Positions 9,147 through 19,651 of a stretch of DNA of 64,000 nucleotides are shown here, in pieces. How positions within the stretch are numbered: the stretch's first letter is position 1; each line of letters starts with the position of its first letter. The stretch comes from Candidatus Sulfurimonas kebritensis. GTDB taxonomy: Bacteria; Campylobacterota; Campylobacteria; Campylobacterales; Sulfurimonadaceae. A model generated the notes under the pieces. The model was not told the DNA's origin. It saw nothing but the letters and a program-made list of their open reading frames with translations, and made no database searches. The position numbers and the translations under genes are program-made. The DNA is taken from the NCBI GenBank assembly GCA_047689515.1, contig JBEWQA010000004.1, positions 157-64,156 of the forward strand. Direction: 5' to 3'.

Positions 9147-10982
9147 ATGAATGAAAATATAAGTTTTTATAAATTTATGCATAAGCAGGTATTAGTGGTT
9201 ATAGCTTTATTGGCAGGGACCGCACCGGGTTATATTGTTACCGGATATTTGTATACAAATATGGTTGTAGAGGTGTTATGGTTTTTAACTATCCTTGCAG
9301 TCTCTGTATATGGCTACATGCTTTATGTAAGATATAAACACTGTGTAACGATGGGGCAGCAAAAAAACTGGCTCAGCAAAGTACGCTGGTTTATGTTTGT
9401 CTACTTTTCCCTCTGGACTATAATGTTTGTCTATTATGTACTGCATGACACAATAGATATGCATTATATGGCGATTGCTACACAGCTTGGCTGTACCGTT
9501 GTAGCTGCAACGATCTTGGCATCACAAAAAAACCTGGTTATCTCAACTGTTACATCGTTGATGTTACCGATTACGATCTATTTTATCATGGTTGGTTCGG
9601 TCTATAGCGATATTTTGGCAGTTTTTACACTGGTTCTGAGTATAGTGTTACTCTATGCAGCGAAAAATACACATGAGTATCTTGTCAAAAGCAGATTTCA
9701 AGCATATCATGACTATCTGACGCGACTTGGTAATAGAAGATACTTCATTGAGGTGTTGGAGAACTCGGTAAAAGAGAACCGTGACAGATTTACATACCTG
9801 CTGCTTATAGATCTTGATCACTTTAAAACAATCAACGATACGTTGGGACATGATATCGGAGATCAGCTGCTTATCGAAGTGTCTCAGCGTATGACAAAGC
9901 TCTCTGTAAAAGGGAAACATTTTGTTGCGCGTTTAGGCGGAGATGAGTTTTGTATACTGAGTCAGGGGTTTGAAACAAACGATGCGTGTTTAGAAGATGC
10001 CCGAGAATTTTCCAAGGAGCTTCTAGAGACGATCAAGCAATCGTATACTATTGAAGGGAACCATCTCTTTATCAGTTCAAGTATCGGTATTAGTATTATA
10101 AACAATCCAAAACTTCAAGCCAACGAGTTTTTAAAAGAGGCGGATATCGCCATGTATGAGGCAAAAAACAATGGCAGAGACGGGATCATTCTCTTTAACG
10201 ATGAACTGTGTAAACTGATAGAGGAGAAGCTTGATATCGAGAGACATTTACACTTTGCCGTAGATAGAAATGAGGTAAAACTGCAGTATCAGCCACAGCT
10301 TAACGGCAAAGGGAGAGTTATCGGTTGTGAAGTGCTTGCACGTTGGCATAACCATGAACTCGGCTTCGTAGCACCTGATGTATTTATCCCGATAGCTGAA
10401 AACACCGGTTATATCATTGAACTTGGTGAGTATATCTTAGAGCGTGCCTTGCAATCTCTTGTGAAATGGGATCGCAGCGGGATTAAACTCGGTCAGATAT
10501 CTGTTAATATAAGCATGAGACAGTTTTTAGATAACGGTTTTGTTAACATGGTGGAAAAACTGTTTGATCGTTACAATATCTATAGTTTTAAAACACAGGT
10601 GGTGTTTGAGATCACTGAAACAAGTACGTCGGACAACCTTAAAAAGATCATCGATGTGATCAATACACTCAAAACTTTTGGGATAAAGTTCTCGATGGAT
10701 GATTTCGGTACGGGATACTCCTCGCTCAGTTATCTTCGTGAGATACCTATAGATGAGCTCAAAATCGACAAGTCGTTTATCTCAGAACTCGACGATGAAC
10801 AGCAGGCATTACTAGTAAAAAGTATTATAGAGATCTCAAGAAATATGAATCTCTCGATTGTCGCTGAAGGGGTTGAAGAGAAGTACCAAAAAGACTTTTT
10901 AGAGGAGCTGGATTGTGATCTGTACCAAGGGTACTATTTCCACAAACCGCTTGATCAAAAGGATTTTGAAGCTCTGTTTTAA
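9147..10982 (+). CDS. Membrane GGDEF-EAL protein (diguanylate cyclase/phosphodiesterase)
   Basis: About 5-6 N-terminal TM helices. GGDEF (RLGGDEF). EAL domain motifs EVLARW, EITE, DDFGTGYSSLSYL, KIDKSFI. Confidence 0.9.
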   Translation: MNENISFYKFMHKQVLVVIALLAGTAPGYIVTGYLYTNMVVEVLWFLTILAVSVYGYMLYVRYKHCVTMGQQKNWLSKVRWFMFVYFSLWTIMFVYYVLHDTIDMHYMAIATQLGCTVVAATILASQKNLVISTVTSLMLPITIYFIMVGSVYSDILAVFTLVLSIVLLYAAKNTHEYLVKSRFQAYHDYLTRLGNRRYFIEVLENSVKENRDRFTYLLLIDLDHFKTINDTLGHDIGDQLLIEVSQRMTKLSVKGKHFVARLGGDEFCILSQGFETNDACLEDAREFSKELLETIKQSYTIEGNHLFISSSIGISIINNPKLQANEFLKEADIAMYEAKNNGRDGIILFNDELCKLIEEKLDIERHLHFAVDRNEVKLQYQPQLNGKGRVIGCEVLARWHNHELGFVAPDVFIPIAENTGYIIELGEYILERALQSLVKWDRSGIKLGQISVNISMRQFLDNGFVNMVEKLFDRYNIYSFKTQVVFEITETSTSDNLKKIIDVINTLKTFGIKFSMDDFGTGYSSLSYLREIPIDELKIDKSFISELDDEQQALLVKSIIEISRNMNLSIVAEGVEEKYQKDFLEELDCDLYQGYYFHKPLDQKDFEALF

Positions 10983-11311
10983 GGGTTGAGTTTACAACCT
11001 TTTTTGAGCTTTGGAATATCGAGATCGAGGTAGCTGATCTCTTCTAAAATCTCTTGGCGAAACTTGTCAAGAGGGGAGCGGATCGAGTAGTATGCCCAGC
11101 GCCCGTCACGTTTTACTTTTAAAAAACCGCCGTCTTTTAAGATCTTGAGATGCCTTGAGATGCGTGACTGTATCATATCAAATGAATTTTCCAGATCACA
11201 TACACACACTTCACCGTTTTCGTAGATAAACCTGAGTATCTTTACTCTGGTTTCATCGTTGATAGAGCCGATCGTTTGTAAAAATATTTCCATAAAAGTA
11301 GTGTAGCACAA
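10979..11311 (-). CDS. ArsR/SmtB-family transcriptional regulator
   Basis: Winged-HTH pattern CVCDL...SRISRHLKILKDGGFL. An alternative start is Met7 at 11293. Confidence 0.8.
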   Translation of the reverse strand: MCYTTFMEIFLQTIGSINDETRVKILRFIYENGEVCVCDLENSFDMIQSRISRHLKILKDGGFLKVKRDGRWAYYSIRSPLDKFRQEILEEISYLDLDIPKLKKGCKLNP

Positions 11312-11429
11312 GAAAACAAATGCATAAAGATATGTTGATGTAAGGTATTTTGAGAAACTCTTGTCAAAATACGCAAAAAATGTTCCAACTCTTACTAAAC
11401 TTTTAGTTTTCTTTTCTTACAATAAGCCC

Positions 11430-11675
11430 ATGAGAATAGATAAATTTTTAAATGCAGTAAATATAACAAAAAGACGATCAGTTGCACAAGATATGATTGC
11501 AAACGGGGTGGTTTTGATCAACGATGCCGTAGCAAAAGCGAGCAAAAATGTTGAGATTGGAAGTATCATTACGATCAACTATCTCAAAGGGGCAAAAAAG
11601 TATAAAGTTTTGCAGATTCCCACTACAAAATCGACACCAAAATCAATACAACACGAATATATAGAGGAACTATAA
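11430..11675 (+). CDS. S4-domain RNA-binding protein
   Basis: MRIDKFLNAVNITKRRSVAQDMIANGVVLIND is an S4 motif. The ORF opens at 11361, but Met24 (11430) gives the typical S4 N-terminus. Confidence 0.7.
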   Translation: MRIDKFLNAVNITKRRSVAQDMIANGVVLINDAVAKASKNVEIGSIITINYLKGAKKYKVLQIPTTKSTPKSIQHEYIEEL

Positions 11676-11677
11676 AG

Positions 11678-12664
11678 ATGAACTACGAAGAGGCAAAGGG
11701 AGCATTTACGAAACTGTTTGAGCATCAGATGGATGATGCTCAAATGAAAACTTTTTTAGAGAGCATCGTTCTTGATGAGACGACACCTGTCGAGGAGATA
11801 GCAGCGGCAACTGAGGTGATGCGCTCTTATGCGATCAAACTCCCTGTTTCAGAAGAGACCAAAGCAAAAGCGATAGATATCGTAGGGACGGGTGGTGATA
11901 AGATAGGAAGTTTTAACATCTCCTCAACCACTTCGATTCTTACTGCATCTTGTGGTGCTACGGTTGCCAAGCACGGGAACCGCTCAATCACGTCTAAAAG
12001 TGGAAGTGCAGATGTACTTGAAGCTCTTGGAGTGAACCTCTCTTTGGGGATAGAGCAAAATGCAAAGTTACTCGAAGAAGCGGGATGGTGTTTTATGTTC
12101 GCACAAAACCATCACCCTGCGATGAAGTTTATCATGCCTATTAGAAAGTCGATCCCGCAAAAGACTATTTTTAATGTCTTAGGCCCACTTACAAACCCTG
12201 CTGAGATCAGCAAGTATATGGTTGGAGTTTTTGATAAAAGTTTTACGACCAAGATGGCTGAAGCTCTAAAAATGAACGGGGCTACATCTGCACTCGTTGT
12301 AAGCTCGAAAGAGGGTATGGATGAGATCGGTATCAGCGATATTACCTATGCGACAAGACTTGAAGCCGGTGTAGTTACAGAGTTTGAGATCGATCCGCAA
12401 AGTTACGGTTTGAAACTCGCTCCGCTAGAGGCTATAAAAGGCGGTGATGCAAAAGAAAATGCAAAAATAATGCTCGATATTTTTAACAATACGGCAACAG
12501 AGGCACAACGTGATATCGTCTTATTTAATACCGCGGCATCATTGATGGTTGACGGTTTGGCAAGAGATATCCAAGACGGATTAGAGATGGGACGTGAAGC
12601 CTTGGCAAATGCAAGAGCGAAGAAAAAACTAAAACAGATCGTAGAGATATCAAACAAACTATGA
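11678..12664 (+). CDS. trpD: Anthranilate phosphoribosyltransferase
   Basis: GTGGDKIGSFNISS and KHGNRSITSKSGSADVLEALG signature. Confidence 0.92.
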   Translation: MNYEEAKGAFTKLFEHQMDDAQMKTFLESIVLDETTPVEEIAAATEVMRSYAIKLPVSEETKAKAIDIVGTGGDKIGSFNISSTTSILTASCGATVAKHGNRSITSKSGSADVLEALGVNLSLGIEQNAKLLEEAGWCFMFAQNHHPAMKFIMPIRKSIPQKTIFNVLGPLTNPAEISKYMVGVFDKSFTTKMAEALKMNGATSALVVSSKEGMDEIGISDITYATRLEAGVVTEFEIDPQSYGLKLAPLEAIKGGDAKENAKIMLDIFNNTATEAQRDIVLFNTAASLMVDGLARDIQDGLEMGREALANARAKKKLKQIVEISNKL

Positions 12665-13080
12665 GTGAAAAAGTATACAGAGTAGGGCTGGACCAGTTAG
12701 AAGAGGTGGTCTCGGAGTTTTTAGAGAGTTTTTCCGAGGGTGTTGTGATCCTAAAGGGTAATCTTGCCGCGGGAAAAACAACCTTTGTAAAAACAGTGGC
12801 AAAACTCAAAGGGATCTGTGATGATGTGACATCACCCACCTTTTCCCTGCAACAATGTTACGGGGAGGATACCTACCATTATGACATCTACAATAAAGGG
12901 CTTGACCATTTTGTAGCACTCGGAATGTTAGAGGAGCTTGAAAAAAAAGGTCTGCACTTTATAGAGTGGGGGAACGATGAGTTGGAGAAGATCTTGGATG
13001 CTGCAGGTTTCGATGTGGCGACGATCGAGATAGAGAAGATTTCAGATGAGAAAAGAGAATATACAATATGCATAAACTAA
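12661..13080 (+). CDS. tsaE: tRNA t6A37 biosynthesis ATPase TsaE
   Basis: P-loop [12 protein letters not shown] and SPTFSL. 4-nt overlap with trpD. Confidence 0.85.
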   Translation: MSEKVYRVGLDQLEEVVSEFLESFSEGVVILKGNLAAGKTTFVKTVAKLKGICDDVTSPTFSLQQCYGEDTYHYDIYNKGLDHFVALGMLEELEKKGLHFIEWGNDELEKILDAAGFDVATIEIEKISDEKREYTICIN

Positions 13081-13790
13081 AAGCGGTTGATTTAAAAAAG
13101 AGTATTAAAGATCTTAACATTGTAAAAGGGATCTCTTTAGAGGTAAACAGCGGTGAGGTTGTAGGGCTTCTCGGACCAAATGGAGCGGGAAAAACGACAA
13201 CCTTTTATATGATCTGCGGACTTGTAGCTGCGAGTGACGGTGAAGTGTTTTTTGATGATAATGAGCTTACGGGAATGCCGCTGCACAAAAGAGCACTTAA
13301 AGGGATCGGGTATCTGCCTCAGGAAGCATCGATCTTTAAAGATCTCAGTGTTGAAGATAACTTGCTTATCGCCGCACAGGTGGGAATCAAAGAAAAACAT
13401 AAACAAGAAGAGCGAATAGAGGAGCTTTTGGATATGTTCAACATCGAGCCGATCCGCTACCGTAAAGGGGTATCACTCTCCGGGGGTGAACGTCGTCGTG
13501 TCGAAATCGCCCGTGCACTTGTAAACCATCCGAAATTTCTGCTTCTTGATGAACCTTTTGCAGGGGTTGATCCGATCGCAGTTATGGATATACAAAAAGT
13601 TATCCACCAGTTGGTATCGTACGATATCGGTGTACTTATCACCGATCACAATGTTCGTGAAACCTTAGACGTATGTGATCGCGCGTATGTTATCAAGTCG
13701 GGTGAACTGCTCGCAAGCGGAACAAGTGATGAGATCGGACAAAACGAAGATGTCCGTACACACTATCTCGGCGAACATTTTAAACTCTAA
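13068..13790 (+). CDS. lptB: LPS export ABC transporter ATP-binding protein
   Basis: Walker [10 protein letters not shown], signature LSGGERRR, C-terminal YLGEHF. Position immediately upstream of rpoN. Confidence 0.9.
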   Translation: MHKLKAVDLKKSIKDLNIVKGISLEVNSGEVVGLLGPNGAGKTTTFYMICGLVAASDGEVFFDDNELTGMPLHKRALKGIGYLPQEASIFKDLSVEDNLLIAAQVGIKEKHKQEERIEELLDMFNIEPIRYRKGVSLSGGERRRVEIARALVNHPKFLLLDEPFAGVDPIAVMDIQKVIHQLVSYDIGVLITDHNVRETLDVCDRAYVIKSGELLASGTSDEIGQNEDVRTHYLGEHFKL

Positions 13791-13798
13791 GGAAAAAT

Positions 13799-15073
13799 TT
13801 GGCAGTTTTACGACAAACCCAAAGTGTTGAAACCAAACATAAACTCTCAAATACACTGAGAAACTGGCTTCCGATCCTCCACTCGAGTCTCTCCGATCTG
13901 GGTGAGGCGATGGAGCCTTTTGTAAATGCCAATCCTGTTGTAGAAGTTAAGTCGGGTTATGAAGAGGATTTTGAAAAAAAGATCCCAAAAAAGATCTTCT
14001 CAGGTCATGTCAGCAACTCCAGAACCGAACAGATAGAGGCACTCACCGTACAGTCAAAAAGTTTGTACGAAGTGTTGGATGAACAGCTTGAAGCACCTCT
14101 GTTTCCAACACCAATCTCTCAGGAGATCGCACAGTATGTAGTGGCAAATCTGGATGAAGACGGCTACTACGAAGGGGACACCGATGCGTTTTGTCAAGAG
14201 CATGCCATCACAACAGATGCTTTTGAAAAAGTGCGTCAACGATTTTCATATATAGAGCCTTTAGGGATAGGGGCACTAAACCTGCAAGAGTCATTTTTGT
14301 TTCAGCTCGATAATTCTGAGATATCTAACGAAGCATATCCTCTGGCAGTGGAGATGATCAATGATCTTCCAAATATTCACAGCTACTTTAAGAAAGAGCA
14401 TTTTCAAGAGGTGATGCATGTCATCTCTACATTTAAAAATCCGCCAAGTATAGAGTATCAGGAGGATTCCAGTCATGTAGTGCCTGATCTGATGATCTAC
14501 TTTAACGATGAGGATCAGATCGAGGTAAAACTCAACGACTCCTACTACCCTTCGATCGAGATCGATAACGCTTACGGTGTCGAGCATGAGTTTATATCGC
14601 AGAAGATCAAAGAGGCTAAGTCTCTTGTAGATGCTTTGGAGATGAGAAAAGCGACCCTTTATAAAGTAGGGCTGATGATCGTTGAGTATCAGTACGACTT
14701 TTTTATAGGCGGGCAGGTGATGCCGCTCACGCTTAAAACATTAGCAGATGAGTTTGGGCATAACCCCTCTACGATCTCCCGTGCGATAGCAAACAAGTAT
14801 ATAGCCTGCGATCGCGGTGTGTATGCTATGAAAGAGTTTTTTACCACGGCTATCGATGAAGATGTAAGTAATGCGGCGATCAAAGAGTTTCTCGTTGGAC
14901 TTGTCAAAGAGGAGAGCCGTGAGAAACCTCTAAGCGATATGAAGCTTTTAGAGCTGATCCAGAACAAGTTCAAAGTCAAAATGGTCCGCCGTACGATCGC
15001 AAAATACCGAAAACAGCTCAATATCGCAGGCTCGAGTGAGAGAAAAAAACTCTATCAGTTGGGACACGCTTGA
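13799..15073 (+). CDS. rpoN: RNA polymerase sigma-54 factor
   Basis: C-terminal RpoN box VRRTIAKYRKQL and HTH STISRAIANKY. TTG start after AAGGA. Confidence 0.92.
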   Translation: MAVLRQTQSVETKHKLSNTLRNWLPILHSSLSDLGEAMEPFVNANPVVEVKSGYEEDFEKKIPKKIFSGHVSNSRTEQIEALTVQSKSLYEVLDEQLEAPLFPTPISQEIAQYVVANLDEDGYYEGDTDAFCQEHAITTDAFEKVRQRFSYIEPLGIGALNLQESFLFQLDNSEISNEAYPLAVEMINDLPNIHSYFKKEHFQEVMHVISTFKNPPSIEYQEDSSHVVPDLMIYFNDEDQIEVKLNDSYYPSIEIDNAYGVEHEFISQKIKEAKSLVDALEMRKATLYKVGLMIVEYQYDFFIGGQVMPLTLKTLADEFGHNPSTISRAIANKYIACDRGVYAMKEFFTTAIDEDVSNAAIKEFLVGLVKEESREKPLSDMKLLELIQNKFKVKMVRRTIAKYRKQLNIAGSSERKKLYQLGHA

Positions 15074-15813
15074 GTATAAAAGAGCTGCTCGATCGAGAGG
15101 TTGCATCACGTAACCGATACGACGAGGTGTGTGAGGAGAGACTCGATCCCATCATAGTCGCACGAAAATACAATGATGAAACGATAGCCCTTATCTGCTC
15201 CCTATTTGCTTATGGAAACGTCAAGCAGATCGTGAAGTTTCTGGAATCACTCGATTTTTCACTGTTGGAAAAAAGCGAACAAGAGATACAAACCTCCTTA
15301 TCAAACCATTACTACCGTTTTCAAAAGAGTGAAGATCTGATCGCATTTTTTATAGCACTCAAACGTTTAAAGCAAGAGTGTAGTTTGGAGGATGTTTTTG
15401 TGGAGATGTATACCAAAAACAACTCTGTGATAGATGGTATAAACGGGATCGTGAAAAAACTGCACGAGCTCTATCCGCATACTTCGCAGGGGTATAGCTT
15501 TTTGATCGGAAAAATAACTACAAAAACAAAAGGCAGCGGAGCACTTAAACGCTGGATGATGTGGCTGAGATGGATGGTGCGCTCGGACAATATCGATCTG
15601 GGACTATGGAGCAGGGTAGATAAAGCGGATCTAATTATCCCTCTTGATACACACACTTTTAACGTGAGTAAAAAACTGGGTTTACTAAAGCGTAAAACCT
15701 ACGATCTCCAAGCTGCGATCGAACTCACGGAGACTCTTAAAGAGTTTGACAAAGAAGATCCGTTAAAATACGACTTTGCTTTGTACCGCTTGGGACAAGA
15801 GAAGATCGTATAA
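15070..15813 (+). CDS. Conserved hypothetical protein, TIGR02757/DUF2400-like
   Basis: Size, the PLDTHTFNVSKKLGLL segment, and a 4-nt overlap with rpoN. The family name is assigned from memory. Confidence 0.5.
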   Translation: MSIKELLDREVASRNRYDEVCEERLDPIIVARKYNDETIALICSLFAYGNVKQIVKFLESLDFSLLEKSEQEIQTSLSNHYYRFQKSEDLIAFFIALKRLKQECSLEDVFVEMYTKNNSVIDGINGIVKKLHELYPHTSQGYSFLIGKITTKTKGSGALKRWMMWLRWMVRSDNIDLGLWSRVDKADLIIPLDTHTFNVSKKLGLLKRKTYDLQAAIELTETLKEFDKEDPLKYDFALYRLGQEKIV

Positions 15814-15822
15814 GGGACACGT

Positions 15823-16269
15823 TTGGAATTTTTAATACACTTTCACCTCATGGCAGCTATGGCTTGGATCGGTGGATCTATCTTTATGTTTGTTTTGGGA
15901 GTGTCGCTGCGAGATAAAAAACGTCAGCAAGAGGTGTATCCAAACATAGGTCCGATCTTCGGTTATTTTGAGCTTGTATCGCTTGTGATCTTACTCATTA
16001 GTGGTATCCTCATGGCAGACAATGCAGGGCTAATTTCTGCACTTTTAGAGGGAAGTTCTGCTCCGATCGATGAAGTATTTATCAACAAAATGGTTTTGGT
16101 ACTCTTTGTCGTACTCTTTACTATTTTACACTTTGTAGTGGCGATGAAAACAAACGGCAAATGCCGTACGAAACTGCAAAACTTCCTTTCAAGAAGCTCT
16201 TCACTCATGATCCTTCTGCTTAATCTTGTAGTCCTGCACTATGCGATTATTCTTCGCAGTATGCTATAA
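15823..16269 (+). CDS. Small integral membrane protein (about 4 TM helices, CopD-like HxxxxxxWxGG motif)
   Basis: HLMAAMAWIGGSIFMF plus three further hydrophobic helices. Confidence 0.5.
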   Translation: MEFLIHFHLMAAMAWIGGSIFMFVLGVSLRDKKRQQEVYPNIGPIFGYFELVSLVILLISGILMADNAGLISALLEGSSAPIDEVFINKMVLVLFVVLFTILHFVVAMKTNGKCRTKLQNFLSRSSSLMILLLNLVVLHYAIILRSML

Positions 16270-16340
16270 GTAATATTTTCTGTTTTAATTCAACCTAAGT
16301 AAGTTTTCCCTACAATGATGTAAAAATATAGGGAAACAAA

Positions 16341-18224
16341 ATGAAACAGATACTATTTTTGCTTATTCTTTTTAATACTTTACTACTGTCTGAGACGATC
16401 ACAAATGAAACATCGGAACCTATGTTGTGTCAAGTCAACTATCCTGCCATCTTTGAAAAAGAGTTAGTCCATAACATTGAACAAAGAGTGATGGTTCAAA
16501 AGAAAGAGGAGTTTAGCCTTGTCTTGCAACCAAAGAGAAGTCTTCAAAAGGCTAGAAAGGGAAGTGTCGTATGTTTTAACAGCTTGCAAAAAATATCGGT
16601 ATATAGCAACGGTATAAGGACTGAAAGCGGTAGATATTTTGAGAATTTTAAAAAGGAGCAGGAGGCGTTTGACATCGGTATCTATGCCAATGAAAACAGG
16701 GAGTTTGTAGAGGCAAAATTTGGGATCCATCGTAAATGTACATCTTTGGAGGAGGGTGAGTACTGCCAACTTAGAAACGGTTTAGATATTTTGTATACAA
16801 AAAGGGGGCGTGTCAAAAAGTTGTTAATTTACGGGCAGGCTCTTTACGATCTCGACTTTCAAGCCGGGTCATTTCACAAGATCAAAGCCGGTCGTAATCC
16901 ATTGGGACTATGGGTCGCAAAAAAGAACAAAAAGCTTGTCAGTGCAAAACCAAGCTTTCAATCTAGCAATGCAATAGTGTGGAAAAACCCTCACAAATAT
17001 ATAAAAAGTATAGTTCTTACGGCAAAAAACGGTCATCTTAATCTTTACAATTATAGGTACAAAAAAGAAGATCAAAAGAAAAAAACACCAAAAGATCAGC
17101 TAGGAGCAATCGAAGTGGAGTACCTACTCGATGATGCAGCGTATAAAAAGCATCAGGCTTCACGCCCTATGCCGCAAACATCTTTTCCGACACATAACCG
17201 TATAGATAAAATAGACTTGCCGAAAAAGGCAAAGAAAACCTGGGGTAAATATCTCAATCCCAAAAACAATATACCGATAAATAAGTTTAAAGCGTTTTAC
17301 ATAGATACAAACCACCCCAAAAAGCTGATCGCAAGTGAGATCGTAAATAAGGTTGCCGTAAACTATCCATGGAAAGATTTTCACAATATAGATGCAAAAA
17401 ACTTTGGTGGATACTGGGTTGGAAACTTTATTTTTAAGGAGACGAAAGAGCAGGAGTTAAGTGTCTCACAAAGCTGGGCAAGAACCCGTGTCATCATAGA
17501 CGGTATGGTTGTGTATGAAGGTGGAAGCAATAAAAAGTTTAAACATAAGTTTACAAAAGGGAAGCATAAAATAGAGGTAGAGTATGTTAACAACTGGCAT
17601 ACGGTAGGTTTTATGTTTACAATGAAGGATAAGGAGAAGCTTTACTCGATTGGCGAGATTCAAAAAGAGTTGCAGCAAAAAACGTCAAAAAACAGTGTCG
17701 TAGTATTTGCAGGGGCTTATGAGAGCAAACGAAAAGATCAAAGTATAACGTTAAAACTGGCAAGAAGCAAAAAACCGGTAGTACTGGTTTTAAACTCTTA
17801 CGATGCCGTGCGCTGGATCATAAAAAACCCATACAAAGTGAAGCTCCAAGCTATCGTTTACGCAGCGCATAAACCTGGTGTCGAGATTAGCGGAAAGAAC
17901 ATAAAGTCGATTCCTCTGTACCATTCTAAAAGAGCTATAGGCGCTTATAAGATGAAAAGAAGTTGTACCTGTGTAAACGGAGGGGCAGATTTTCACTGTG
18001 AAGGTATAGAACCTTTAAAAGTATTGCAAAATATAGAAAATGTGATCGGAAAAAAAGTTTTTGGTTACAGTGTTGCTTACGGTATGGAAACGGTTATTTT
18101 GCCAAATACATTGATAAACAAGAAAAAAATAGCAGAGTTTAAACTGGCACAAAAGCAAAATGAACAAATGCGTAAAAGCTGTCAAAGACAATCCAATCCC
18201 GATTTTGAAAAGATGTTTGAGTAG
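16341..18224 (+). CDS. Secreted hypothetical protein with a PA14-like beta-sandwich segment
   Basis: Signal peptide MKQILFLLILFNTLLLS. The segment FGGYWVGNFIFKETKEQELSVSQSWARTRVIIDGMVVYEGG...KGKHKIEVEYVNNWHTVGFMFTM resembles PA14. Confidence 0.55.
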   Translation: MKQILFLLILFNTLLLSETITNETSEPMLCQVNYPAIFEKELVHNIEQRVMVQKKEEFSLVLQPKRSLQKARKGSVVCFNSLQKISVYSNGIRTESGRYFENFKKEQEAFDIGIYANENREFVEAKFGIHRKCTSLEEGEYCQLRNGLDILYTKRGRVKKLLIYGQALYDLDFQAGSFHKIKAGRNPLGLWVAKKNKKLVSAKPSFQSSNAIVWKNPHKYIKSIVLTAKNGHLNLYNYRYKKEDQKKKTPKDQLGAIEVEYLLDDAAYKKHQASRPMPQTSFPTHNRIDKIDLPKKAKKTWGKYLNPKNNIPINKFKAFYIDTNHPKKLIASEIVNKVAVNYPWKDFHNIDAKNFGGYWVGNFIFKETKEQELSVSQSWARTRVIIDGMVVYEGGSNKKFKHKFTKGKHKIEVEYVNNWHTVGFMFTMKDKEKLYSIGEIQKELQQKTSKNSVVVFAGAYESKRKDQSITLKLARSKKPVVLVLNSYDAVRWIIKNPYKVKLQAIVYAAHKPGVEISGKNIKSIPLYHSKRAIGAYKMKRSCTCVNGGADFHCEGIEPLKVLQNIENVIGKKVFGYSVAYGMETVILPNTLINKKKIAEFKLAQKQNEQMRKSCQRQSNPDFEKMFE

Positions 18225-18287
18225 TTTGTATTCTCTTCTATGCTAAAATTCGCTTTTGAAAAATTGATAAAAAACAAAGAGGAATAG

Positions 18288-19085
18288 ATGCAAAAAAGAG
18301 TTCAAAATTTTGTTGAATTAGACAGTTTTAAAAACTTTATAATAGGTTTGATTATTCTAAACGGTATCACTATGGGGTTTGAAACCTCACAAGAGCTCAC
18401 TTTAAATTACGGCGGGGCTTTTGAGTTGTTTAACAACTTTGTAATTACGGTGTTTACGATCGAGATCTTGTTGCGAACATATGCATACAGAGTGGCATTC
18501 TTTAAAGATGCGTGGAGTATATTTGACTTTATTATAGTTGCTATTTCATTAGTGCCGGCAAGTGCAGGGTTTGGAATCTTCAGAATCCTCAGAGTATTAA
18601 GACTCTTTAGACTTATAACGGTAGTGCCGCAGATGAGAAAGATTGTCGCTGCTCTTTTGGGCGTGATCCCGGGAATGCTTTCAATCATAGGGCTTATGGG
18701 GCTGGTCTTTTACATTTTTGCGATCATGGCGACCAATCTTTATGGAGAGAAGTTCCCGCAATGGTTCGGCGATCTTGGAGCCTCTTTTTATACACTGTTT
18801 CAGGTTATGACCTTAGAGTCTTGGTCTATGGGAATAGTGCGTCCTGTTATGGAGGTACATCCAACTGCTTGGCTTTTTTTTATACCATTTATATTTATAA
18901 CCACGTTTGTAATGATCAACTTGATCGTAGCTGTAGTTGTAGATGCTATGGCGGTGTTAAATCAAAATGAAACAGAAACGATAGTGGAAGAGTTACACCA
19001 TACTGATGAAGTGGTGCACTACGACATGAAAGAACTTCATCGTGAGCTCAAAGAGATCAAAGCTCTTTTGAAAAATCAAAACTAG
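18288..19085 (+). CDS. Bacterial voltage-gated sodium channel (NaChBac/NavAb family)
   Basis: S4 with [23 protein letters not shown]. Selectivity filter [16 protein letters not shown]. Near-colinear with my recollection of the NavAb sequence. Confidence 0.9.
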   Translation: MQKRVQNFVELDSFKNFIIGLIILNGITMGFETSQELTLNYGGAFELFNNFVITVFTIEILLRTYAYRVAFFKDAWSIFDFIIVAISLVPASAGFGIFRILRVLRLFRLITVVPQMRKIVAALLGVIPGMLSIIGLMGLVFYIFAIMATNLYGEKFPQWFGDLGASFYTLFQVMTLESWSMGIVRPVMEVHPTAWLFFIPFIFITTFVMINLIVAVVVDAMAVLNQNETETIVEELHHTDEVVHYDMKELHRELKEIKALLKNQN

Positions 19086-19647
19086 GTATTTTTGGTCTGC
19101 TGAGGGGAGTGAGGGGATCGAAAGTGATCTCTTTATCACTTTCGATTGTTGTCTCTGCAAGCTCTAAACTCCCACCCTCTAAAATCTTTATTCTCAGACC
19201 GCCTCTCCCTTTCATAAGTTTATAGGTTTCTTTTGCGATTACGGCATTCATCCATGTACAGGGTGCACAGTGTGCTATCCCTTCGCAAAGAACACCACCC
19301 AGATAAAACTTTTTTCCAATCAGAGAATTAAGATGGATACCGCTTATAACTATGTTTCGGCGGAACAGTTTCGGATCTGCTTCAAAGCCCAGTTCTTTTG
19401 AAATTTCATCGATCACTTCGGCTGAGATGAGTGTGATCGGGTATTTTGAAAACTCAAATCGGTCACCCTCTAGTCCCCGATCTTTATGGAGGTTTATCTG
19501 TGCATGTTCAAGAGTTTGTGCATCGCCTCCGTCAAACTTTTCTCTTGTAAAGTAGTTGTGCTCAGGTGATGTAAAAATATGATGGATAAAAACTGGATAT
19601 GAATGGTTATACATCTTTGAAGTATAGCATAGATAAGGTATAATCAA
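19057..19647 (-). CDS. MOSC domain-containing protein
   Basis: [15 protein letters not shown] and the conserved Cys region [11 protein letters not shown]. The start may be the internal Met at 19614. Confidence 0.75.
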   Translation of the reverse strand: MIIPYLCYTSKMYNHSYPVFIHHIFTSPEHNYFTREKFDGGDAQTLEHAQINLHKDRGLEGDRFEFSKYPITLISAEVIDEISKELGFEADPKLFRRNIVISGIHLNSLIGKKFYLGGVLCEGIAHCAPCTWMNAVIAKETYKLMKGRGGLRIKILEGGSLELAETTIESDKEITFDPLTPLSRPKIPSFDFSKEL

Positions 19648-19651
19648 ACCA

